Positions 54,085 through 64,000 of a stretch of DNA of 64,000 nt are shown piece by piece. The stretch lies in the NCBI GenBank assembly GCA_951406725.2, contig OX597825.1, positions 2,170,001 to 2,234,000 on the forward strand. Direction: 5' to 3'. The notes under the pieces were generated by a model that made no database searches, had not been told where the DNA came from, and saw only the letters and a list, made by a program, of their open reading frames with translations. Origin of the DNA: Octopus vulgaris. Its lineage: Eukaryota. Position 1 is the first letter of the stretch; each line of letters begins with the position of its first letter. The position numbers and the translations under genes were made by a program.

Positions 54085-54615
54085 AAATCTTGGTCAGACT
54101 CGGATCGAAAGATCTATGATCAATGGCCTTTCAATTATGTCCATGTCGTCATTTTATATCGAAAGAATTACTTTGTTTCAGGGAGTCTTTATTTCCTAAA
54201 TGAATAGAATCGGATTTAAGGAAAAATAGTTACAATTTTTGGTAAGTCAGGAACAAGGTTGATAGCTGTTCGTTGGATCGTAAACACGAACACAACTGTT
54301 AATCTATATAAACATAAGAGCGTGGATCAAGTACAATGTAAATAACATGTTCTCATAGCGTCAAGCAGAGTCTTTTTGGTGGTGGTGGGGGGGTAGTCTC
54401 CAGATCAAACCTAATGGACCAGGTCTACGCTCACTTTTATGGAAACATGTTCAAGTTCGAGTCTATTTTTTAGTTTTGCTGCCAGGACGACGTACATAAC
54501 GTGCTCTGCATTATCCAATGTATTCTTCCCGTCTTAACAGAGTAATTAATAGATTGATGATGGTATGATTGTTATTTGTAGCGCATCTGGCAACCAGATT
54601 GCGGCTTCGTATTTG
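54085..54615 (+). repeat. Two degenerate copies of interspersed repeat family B
   Basis: ggtcagactcggatcgaaagatctatgatcaatggcc (54092) and ccagatcaaacctaatggaccaggtctacgctca...cattatccaatgtattcttcc (54400-54530). Confidence 0.5.
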
Positions 54616-55169
54616 GCACTTTAAGCAGCATAGGTATTGTTATGATACATACAAGCGACATGTGTTCTCATGTTTATTTTGTTTAAAATATTTAAGTATC
54701 AGGATGATAAAGTACTACAAACCTTGAAAAAGTGTTTTAATATATTATTCAGGATGGATGTTCGGTGTTCAGGCTCATTCACACAACTTCAGAGACTAAT
54801 AAAAGGAAAAGAAAATATTGAGAACTGGTCGGAAAGCATGTAACAGCTAAAGGCAGGTGATAGAATTAAAGGTAGATGCTAAAATCTAACTGCAGTGCAC
54901 TAAATAATGCGATCCTTATTATTTTTTAACTTCAGATCAATTTTGACAAAGCTAACCTAAACTATAAGATATTCATGTTTATATGTATTCAGAATTGAAC
55001 CAGGTATGCATTCTTCTATGCAAAATATGTGTGCAAAACAGTGTTTTGGTTGATAAATTCGAAGTATAAAATAATTTAATGCTATGTATATCATGTATGT
55101 AGTAATGAGGAATAACAGCAATAATGTCGAATTGTCAAGGACGGTAGATTATAGATTAATATAAAACTT

Positions 55170-55290
55170 GAGGTATTTGTTCCAGGTGTCTATGCTCTGA
55201 GTTCAAATGTTGCCAGAGCGAACATTGCTTTTCATTATTTCCGGGTCGAAAATAAAAATACCAGTCCTGGCTGTGGATTGGTGTAAATAT
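55170..55290 (+). mobile_element. Degenerate SINE family A copy
   Basis: ctctgagttcaaatgttgccagagcgaacattgcttttcattatttccgggtcgaaaataaaaataccagt matches the B-box and core of family A. Confidence 0.75.
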
Positions 55291-55996
55291 ATGATTGGCG
55301 GAAGAAAATCTTTGTGTTATTCGTTCCGGCGCTCTAGCGATCTGAAGTTTTCAGAAGGCCAAATGTGGTACCCAGTGTAACACCAACACCCTCGTTGTCT
55401 TTATCAGAATTCGCCGTTGCCCTTTCAAAAAATAAAAAAAAAAGATTATGAACTGTTCCACTCCCTCCACCCTAAATAGTAAATAAATACATAAACGATA
55501 TAAAGGATATATAAAAAATATTTATGTAAAATTTAATATATAAGAAATACGTATATTAAAATATATACCTGTAAGAATTGCTGGGGTTTTAATAAGTATA
55601 TAGTTTTCTTTAATCCCTATAGTTGTGTATATCTTCCAATCTCCAACATCTTAGGGGCAGATTGCTCGCTGTTCTTCATCTGTAAAATACTACACACCCA
55701 TTAACACAAATTAGTGTACAGCTAGAATATTTGCATAATGTTTAAATAGTTTTCTGTATAATTACATTATTGGAATTTGTTTACTCCCCGATTATCACCA
55801 AGTTTTTAATTTCTCATTATATACAATGTTCCTTTCTTGGATATAAATTAGCAATATTTATTTCTAAATGATATGTAGGAACGTTTGTGGGTACATGTAT
55901 TATCTGGCGTGTGTATAATTATTATAGTAATTTTATGGGAATTATTTAAATTTAAATGTCATACCATCACAATAATTGCTATAATCTGTAATTATG

Positions 55997-56182
55997 CTAA
56001 CACATTAATAAAGTAGGTAAGTTCAAGCAAGTTGCATAATGTGTTACTGTTTCCACTTCTGAGGTGATTCTGGTACTACACATACAGGTACCATAGTGTA
56101 CATCCAAAAGATGGTTAATTACATTATTGGCAGCAAGTCCAACTCCTCCTATGCCTGTCCGTGCAGGCTGTGAGCACAGCAT
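55997..56182 (-). pseudogene. Possible ancient LINE apurinic-endonuclease remnant
   Basis: TGIGGVGL...CSTRITSEVETVTHYAT resembles the GGVGxLL...YSPTxxSExxxxxxFY pattern of RTE-type endonucleases; short and degenerate. Confidence 0.3.
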
Positions 56183-57143
56183 ATTCTTTCAGAAAGTCGT
56201 TAGAAATAAACAAAAATGGTTGATGGAAATAGATTCAAATTAAAGGTTCCAAATTTGAATTGATTCTGGGACAAATATTTGTATCTGAGAACAAGACACC
56301 TGTTGACAATCAGAATATAACCAACCAAAGCAAAGCTTCAATAGAAATATTGTAACTATATAAATTAGAAATACGGTTAACATTCTGGGAAGTTGTCATC
56401 TGAATAACAATAATTAATCTCAGATCTTTACACATTTTGGCAAACAATTGAGAATTATTAGACATTAATTTTCTTCCTCATTTACGATGTTAACGAGTTC
56501 TCTTCTGAATTCTTAATCTATCCCAGTTGAAAGGATATTCAACTCGTCTGATCAAATTTGAAATAATTCAAGGCTTTCGAGATTTGCTGAGCAAACCTAT
56601 TATCAACTCGTTTTGATCATGAACACCTCGTCGCTTAGGCGCTGGAGATCAACGATAAAATGTGTCCCACCATTTTGAAAACAATAAAGCGATAATTGAA
56701 TCTGTTTTAGCTGCTATATGGAACAAGTTTTGTGCTAAGCTGCAGCACTTTCGATGCTCCCAAACTCAAATGTTTCGGCGGTAGAGGTGGTGCTCTATCA
56801 GGATGCATTGAAACATACATCGACACATTTTTGTTACTTCCTGAGGTAATCTCAGTCATGACATCGATGAAACATCACGATGCAAACACGATCTTTACGT
56901 GCTTAGAGTTTCATTTCTCTACGACATAAATCTGAATGTATTTAATACAAGTCTGAAGCCTGTTTTATTTCCAGTTAATCAATATAGTTGATGACACAAT
57001 CGAATTAATTAAAAATTTTGTTTTAAATAAATACAAAGACATAGCTAGGTGTTTTGCTAGAAATTTCGACTCATCTGCACAACACCTTCATTAGGTGTCT
57101 AATATATCAAAGCGGTTGCCCTATATACAGTTTGCAAGTCAAT

Positions 57144-57198
<55 letters not shown>

Positions 57199-57649
57199 CA
57201 TACATACATACATACATACATACATACATACGTACATACATACATACATTCTGTTGATCAGATCAACCCGGACACACATCATCGCAACTGACGGAGTACC
57301 AATACTCCACAGGTCGAGAGAATTTGTTCTCTACTGTATGAGACTTCCACTTTTTCAATTTGAGATTTGATTCATTGGCTGAATATACCTTGTAATTGAG
57401 TTTTTCTTGCCATTTAATCCACTGTGATGTTACTATCCGGCCTCTCATTATAACATCGTATGATTTGCTTGAAATTCCAGATGCATTTTCCCTCATTCAT
57501 GTTCTGTAGTCAGAAAAAAATTAAAAACGTATACATTGACTTGTGCATTAAGAATTATAATTAAATAAGGGTCAGAACTAGAATGCGAATGCTCCAGCGA
57601 TGTATTTGGTGCATGAGAGGAGTAAAGAAATAACTAAGCTACGTAAGCG

Positions 57650-57838
57650 TTCAGTATATTATGAGACCTTCGGACCTCTTTGTGGAAAAAAAGTAGCTAC
57701 AGTTTCCTAAAACATCGTTCTATTAATTTGAAATGGAAAACAAATGTTTATATAGATACATAAGCGTGAAGTTCATGGCTGGAATACCTTAGACAAAACA
57801 ACGATGTAATCGGGACTGAAGAGGATCTAAACAACATC
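57650..57838 (-). repeat. Interspersed repeat family B copy
   Basis: The reverse complement gttgtttagatcctcttcagtcccgatta...aaggtattccagccatgaac resembles aaagcattcccgtcataac at 19710. Confidence 0.4.
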
Positions 57839-58277
57839 GTATTTTTTTATAATCCCCGCCTTAATGTTTCAAAGCAAGATCAACGTATTTCGTATGAATT
57901 TTGTAGGGATTTGTAGCAATATGGAAGGTACGTTCATCATATGTCTCCTGTTCAAAAATTTGTGATGTGTTAATGAAGACGTCCTTAATTGATAGTTCCA
58001 AACAACACCGCGCTCGCACGCTCCCTCTCATATTCAAATTCATTGATCCGTTTGATTTCCACCAAATTGAATTTTCCAATTTCAAATGGCTTTCTTCCTT
58101 GTACGGTTAGGCAGTTGATGCTCATAATTTTCAATATTTCTGCTTTGATGGAGACTAACACATTGTCAAAGGAGGAATTGTTCTTGACACTCGCGTCTCC
58201 ACTCTCTTCCGTTTTAATGGAAACGTTTGTTTTCTTTCTTCATATAGCAAGATGTGACTTTGATGGTTCATAACAAA

Positions 58278-58283
58278 TCATCC

Positions 58284-58361
<78 letters not shown>

Positions 58362-58397
58362 ACATCATCATCATCCTCCTCCTCATCATCATCATCC

Positions 58398-58452
<55 letters not shown>

Positions 58453-58748
58453 ACTCATCATCTTCGTCTCCATCATTATCATCTTTGTCGTAGTCGTTGT
58501 CGACATCGTCACCATCAACAGTAACATATTCCCCACCGTCGTAATCATCATCATCTTTATGATACTACTACTACTACTACTACTACTATTACTACTACTA
58601 CATGATAATTATCATAATTTCCCCGCATTATCACCAGCATTGTTATTAATACTAATACTACTATTACTAAAATCATTATTATTATTATGATTTTTATTAT
58701 TATTATTATTATTATTAGTAGTAGTAGTATTAGTAGTAGTAGTAGTAT

Positions 58749-58789
<41 letters not shown>

Positions 58790-58790
58790 T
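58278..58790. repeat. Compound trinucleotide array (ATC)n-(ACT)n-(ATT)n-(AGT)n
   Basis: Directly visible; it produces the poly-M, poly-S and poly-T ORFs. Confidence 0.95.
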
Positions 58791-59534
58791 AATATTCGTA
58801 CAGGCAAGATGTCCTTTGAAATATATATCTCATAAGATTGCATCCCTGTTTATATACTTAGAAGTGTATATTGTTCAATAACACATAACTCATTGCCAAG
58901 TTAAGCGGAATCCCTTTGGGTTGCTGAAACTCTGGCTTTCTTCACTCGTTGGAATTGGTTTCATTGAAAGTTATTTCAAATTTTTATTTGGAAATCATTT
59001 CCTATAAACACGGTGTCGGCTAATTGGAAGGAGAGGCAGGATTCGCCTGTCAAAGACGCACTCTCGCAAAGCTCATAGGGCCGAAACGGTTGCCACGTTT
59101 AAATTCCAAAATCGAAAACCTTGTACCCACGCTGCCGCAGTGAACAGCAGTGGCGGTAAGAACAACAGCAAGGACATTAGGAACAGCAACAACAGTAGCA
59201 GTAACGGATACAAAAGCAGAAGCAAGAAGAAGAGCAGCAGCAGCAGCAGCCATGGCAGTAGCGGCAGTAACAGTAGCAACAACAAGAGGAGTATCAACAA
59301 AATCCACAGCAGGGACAAAAACAATTACTGCAATAGAGACAGAATCCACATCTCCTCCGCAGGAGCGGCTTTCTAGAGGGAGATATGTTGCTTTTTGCTA
59401 AAAGACAAGCGAACTAAGCTGCAGAGTTCCACCCTATTTAGGAACATTGAAGAAAAGGGAGCTAAATTTACCTGAAGTGATTAGAACGAAACTTTTTTAA
59501 CGTTTTGTATCTTTTAAAGAAATCAGGATAGACG

Positions 59535-60497
59535 GATACTGGGCGCCTGGTACTTAGAATGTCGTCAGCGGCTCACAGGATCGGTGGATGTTCCACTTTA
59601 GATATTTACAGAGGATTAGCAGCGGCGAAGTGTGACGTCGTCCTTGAAGAGATCCTAGGTGTTGATAAAGATGAAATGGCAAGTCTATTCCGGAGGACTT
59701 TCTGGTCGGGACTGTTATGTATAATTTCCAGATGTCTTTGGCTTGGCAGTACTACTGAGGGGGGGGGCACTACCGTTTCCAGATAAACTCTCCAGGTACG
59801 GATGTGCTGTCAGACGGTCTTGACCGAGGCCCTCGCAGAGCGACGAAACTGTTTTGCATGCACTCGTTCAGTGTCCGGGCATTGCTGACTTGTGAAGTTA
59901 CGGCGAAAAGCTGCTGTCACGTGTAGGATAGATCCGTCTGTCGTCCGTGTCGATAATCATGATTGCCCCGCTACCCTCCTATAATCAGGATGGCAGGGCA
60001 CTTTTCCTTTCTCTGGTGGCTGTAGAGAAGTTAAAAAGAACGAGGACAGAAATTTGGTAAAGCCCTCATCGACTCTTTCAAGTTTCACTTGAAAAAGTAA
60101 GTGAAGGTATAGAGGGAGGTGCTGTCGTCGAGTGAATTTAGGAAAAGGTGGGTGAAAGTTGCAAAAAGGGCAAGAGTGGATGGTACCACTCTCAGTGTAG
60201 ACCTGTGAGTCGGAGAAAAGAGGTTGGAGTGGGCTCCCGTCCTTGGTACTTAGAGTGATCTTGGACGGTGGGGTTCCTTGATTATCCCTAGAGGTCCTAT
60301 TGAATCAGCTCCACCCCCATTACGATTCTTTTTTCTCCTCTTTTTCCAACTGCACATACTATGTAGACTTCCATTCTTCTAACGTACACAATGTACACAT
60401 TTTTTATTTTACCATTCCATTATATGTAAACCCCAACACTTTATGTCTGTCTTTGTATTGTCCCCTCATCCTTCGTTCTGGTGGCAAATAAAAGAAA
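59535..60497 (+). mobile_element. Tx1/L1-type LINE 3' end: C-terminal zinc-knuckle remnant, 3' UTR and AATAAA
   Basis: *PRPSQSDETVLHALVQCP (decayed CxxC..ETxxHxxxxC), ...FRKRWVKVAKRARVDGTTLSVDL* (stop at 60206-60208), AATAAA at 60487-60492, then (ATT)n. 59535-59720 is homologous to 49250-49430. Confidence 0.8.
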
Positions 60498-60498
60498 T

Positions 60499-60509
60499 CA
60501 TTATTATTA

Positions 60510-60570
<61 letters not shown>

Positions 60571-60714
60571 GTTGTTGTTGTTGTCGTTGATGTTTTTGTT
60601 GTTTCTATCATCATCGTCATCATCATCATCATGATCATTATCATATTTCTCCTCCTCCTCCTCCTCCTCCTCTTCTTCTTCTTCTTCTCCTTCTCCCCCT
60701 TCTTCACATTATTG

Positions 60715-60765
<51 letters not shown>
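60499..60765. repeat. Compound trinucleotide array (ATT)n-(GTT)n-(ATC)n-(CCT)n-(CTT)n-(ACT)n
   Basis: Directly visible. Confidence 0.95.
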
Positions 60766-61231
60766 TCACAATTTTTATTATAGCCATGATTTTCATTGAA
60801 AAGATTTATGGTGAGGCTTTGTTGCAGAGCTGACAGCCGAAGTCGCCAAACAATTCGATCACACATAAAATGCAGCAGAGATGCAATTGAATTTATTAAT
60901 GCAGTTATAATGTAACTCGGTCCATAAATGCATAATATCTTACATAACACGTGATTTGACATTCATTGCCATACATATTACTGTTTTGTGCTCTACAAAT
61001 ACAAATACAGCGAAGATTGATATACTTACTCTGAGGATGTTTGATAATCAAAGAATATTTTATATTTCTGTGTCAGATAAACATGATTCAAATCTATTAA
61101 ATGTCCGCTTCCAATGTCATCACATATTTCACCTGATCTCTGAAGTTTAGTTTTCATTGTGCTGTTCCGATACATCTTTTTCTTTCTAAGTCTTCCTGTC
61201 TCACATGTAAGTATCTCCGTTTCTTTCCATT

Positions 61232-61246
61232 CCTCTCTCTCTCTCT

Positions 61247-61297
<51 letters not shown>

Positions 61298-61751
61298 AAT
61301 TTATATGTATGTGTATAGATTTACATGCATATCATAAAGTATACGCATTGAAACACAGAAGTATAAACCATCGCATATTTACACATTTACAACGCATATA
61401 TACTGTAATCACATCTTAAAATTTTATTCGATTTACCACTAAATATATGCCTAACAGCATATATATATATGTGTGTATATATATATATAATTATTCATTT
61501 ATATATATATATATATATATGTATGTATATATATGTATATATATGTATATATATGTATTTATACATATACATATATAATACATACATATATATATATATA
61601 TGTATTTATACATATACATATATAATACATACATATATATACAAATACACACATATACCCCCACATATATATATTATTTACATATGAACACATATATACA
61701 TATAATACATGCATGTATAACTATATATATATGTGTGTGTGTATATATATG

Positions 61752-61784
<33 letters not shown>

Positions 61785-61818
61785 GTGTGTATATGCATTT
61801 ACACATATTTAGCAATAT

Positions 61819-61876
<58 letters not shown>

Positions 61877-61898
61877 ATATCCGTGTGTATGTGTGTGA
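61232..61898. repeat. Degenerate (TA)n/(CA)n/(TG)n microsatellite field
   Basis: Directly visible. Confidence 0.9.
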
Positions 61899-61934
61899 AT
61901 AAGGTCGTCGTCGGTTGTTTACATGTTCGCTCAC

Positions 61935-62360
61935 CTCTTTGAGCTTTATGTTTACGGTGAAACTAAGAGATCTAAGATGAAAATTCGATGTATAAATGTT
62001 AGAAGAAAAAAAGGATTTGAAAGAGAAAAAGCGAAACCGTCTTCAAAATAATGAATAACGACGCAGAAATATAAACAAAAATATTTCCTTTTTTTTTCTT
62101 TTTCGCCTTTTTTCTCGTTTTTGATTTGATTTACTTTGTTCAATTGCACTCAGCATCTTTGAATAATCGCGTAGCCGTCCGTAACGCGGTGGAGGAAATA
62201 ATCAATAGACACAAGGCTCTGGCCGGCCGCAATCTGTCTGTGCCGTTCGTCGGCGAGACGTCGGGTGTTTTAGTGCCCCGTTCTATCGATTTCCTCCGCA
62301 AAATAGGGACACCGACTTGAAAAATCCTCGCCACCCATTGAGGAAGCATCAGTTAAATAT
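61935..62360 (-). promoter_or_regulatory. Candidate CpG-rich promoter or non-coding first exon
   Basis: Locally GC- and CpG-rich unique sequence (62165-62345) with no TE protein motif, followed on the minus strand by a T-rich leader ending at a good donor GAG|GTGAGC (GT at 61934-61933). No transcript evidence is available. Confidence 0.35.
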
Positions 62361-62816
62361 ACTGTCACTGCTTTTGATTCGAATACGTTAGAATCCTGGG
62401 ATCATCTTGTCATAAGTCTCTAACTTTCTCTTCCTTGATCCCTTTCACTTTCTGTCTATCTCTCTACCTATGTTGCTATTATTATCTTGTTATCCACCCA
62501 CGTTCATGCAGGTACATGAGTAAATTCATGAGGTGATGGTGTGGCTCTGTCTCTCTGTCTCTGTCTGTGTGTCTCTGCCTCTCTCTATCTAAATTAACTA
62601 TTACTTAACCATCCTCTCACACCGTCTCAGATGAAGGGATATAATTAATAAATATCCTGGATACAGCTGTGATACCTTATATCAATAAATGCTCTAATAT
62701 ATACACAGCCTTGTTTTTTTTTTATCTCATTACGCAAAAAAGTCCGATATATATATATGTAGTTGGAATTTACAAAAAAACAACAGACGAAGACAGGTGT
62801 ATTAGTTTAAATCTCA

Positions 62817-62874
<58 letters not shown>

Positions 62875-64000
62875 GTGCCTGTCTTTCTGTCTATGTGCGC
62901 AGTCTCAAATGCCTATGCATATACGTACGTAGGTGCTTAAATGCGCTGAAGTGTGTGTCTCCGTGTATACCTCGATAAAATGATGTGTATTGAATTGTGT
63001 CGATGCTCACGCCAAATAAAGCTAAGTCCTTCAATAAATAGCCATCGGTAAAATATGTTGACATATTACGAAAGGGATTGTTACAAGTTTTGGGAAGTAT
63101 ACTTTATACGAACCATTAGTCTGCAAAAGAATGAAGGCTCTTCAGTTCCTCTGTGATTGTAGACATTGAAGTTTTCATTGCTCAGCAATATTTGAGTAAC
63201 ACCGGTTTAGAGTACTTTTATCCATAACAGATAAATGGCAACGAATAGCATATATAGTAGAAGCAGACATTATTAGAATTTTTCATTGGCCATTTACTTA
63301 CGAAATATATTGTTTATAAAGAACTATAAATTAAATTTGTCGTATTTTTACTTTATGGAAACAGTGACATCTTCCTCCTGTATACTTTCGTTATTTCTAG
63401 ACTTTAAAATACAATAAATCATGGCATATACTGCAAATCAATGCAACTTTGGTAATATTGGTAGGAAATGAACAGCATAGGTTTATATATATTTTAATAC
63501 TATTGTTTCATATTTTTTCATTCACACACACATATATATATACCTGCATCTGTGTGTGTGTGCGTACGTGTGTGTGTGTGTGTGTACACAACATATATTT
63601 AAAAAGAATATATCAATAACGCTTAGACTTTTATTCTATGTCGGTGTTAGCAAATATGTGAACCACAACAGGTCAGCTATAAAAATCTGCTTTTAGATTT
63701 TGAGAATTAAAGATGTCAAATATAATCCGTAAGGTTATGATTTATGCAATCTAGTTCGATTTCTGATAGCATTTATTTGATTTTATAGAGTATTTTCCAA
63801 AACTGATATCAAGTTCAGACTTCCTTTCTTCATATAATAACATCTTCGCTCATAGAAGCATGGAGTAAGTGATTTCATTCTCTTTATTTGTCGAGACTCG
63901 CTGAACCAGAAAAATATATACAGATCCCTGTTCATAAAAGGTTTGCTGACTTAAAGAAAACAATTGAAGCATGACATCTTGTGGACATATGTGTATGCAG

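Overview
AT-rich, microsatellite-saturated, non-coding eukaryotic DNA with no recognisable host protein-coding gene, rRNA, tRNA gene or CRISPR array. Almost all ORFs in the track are translations of (TA)n/(CA)n/(TATC)n/trinucleotide repeats. The repeat content resembles a coleoid cephalopod, probably Octopus (inference from pattern recognition, not from a search). Recognisable content is decayed transposable elements: four mariner remnants (one nearly full length, 50263-51484), a Penelope-like GIY-YIG fragment (35637-36620), a CR1-group LINE (38056-39315), two Tx1/L1-type LINE pieces (47640-49450, 59535-60497), an R4/Dong-type RT piece (49551-50262), several tRNA-derived SINE families and two fold-back elements. 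The most interesting structures are: (i) head-to-tail SINE arrays in which each copy is separated by the same ~17-bp sequence, suggesting serial insertion into one target site (17773-18465, 9078-10165); (ii) Penelope-type terminal-repeat units carrying minimal hammerhead-ribozyme motifs inside (TA)n tracts (15792-15826, 16066-16101, 39485-39525); (iii) several dsRNA-forming inverted repeats; and (iv) CpG-rich unique segments at 59000-59475 and 61935-62360 that may be the promoter or UTR exons of an unidentified gene. Boundaries of degenerate elements are approximate and were read by eye.
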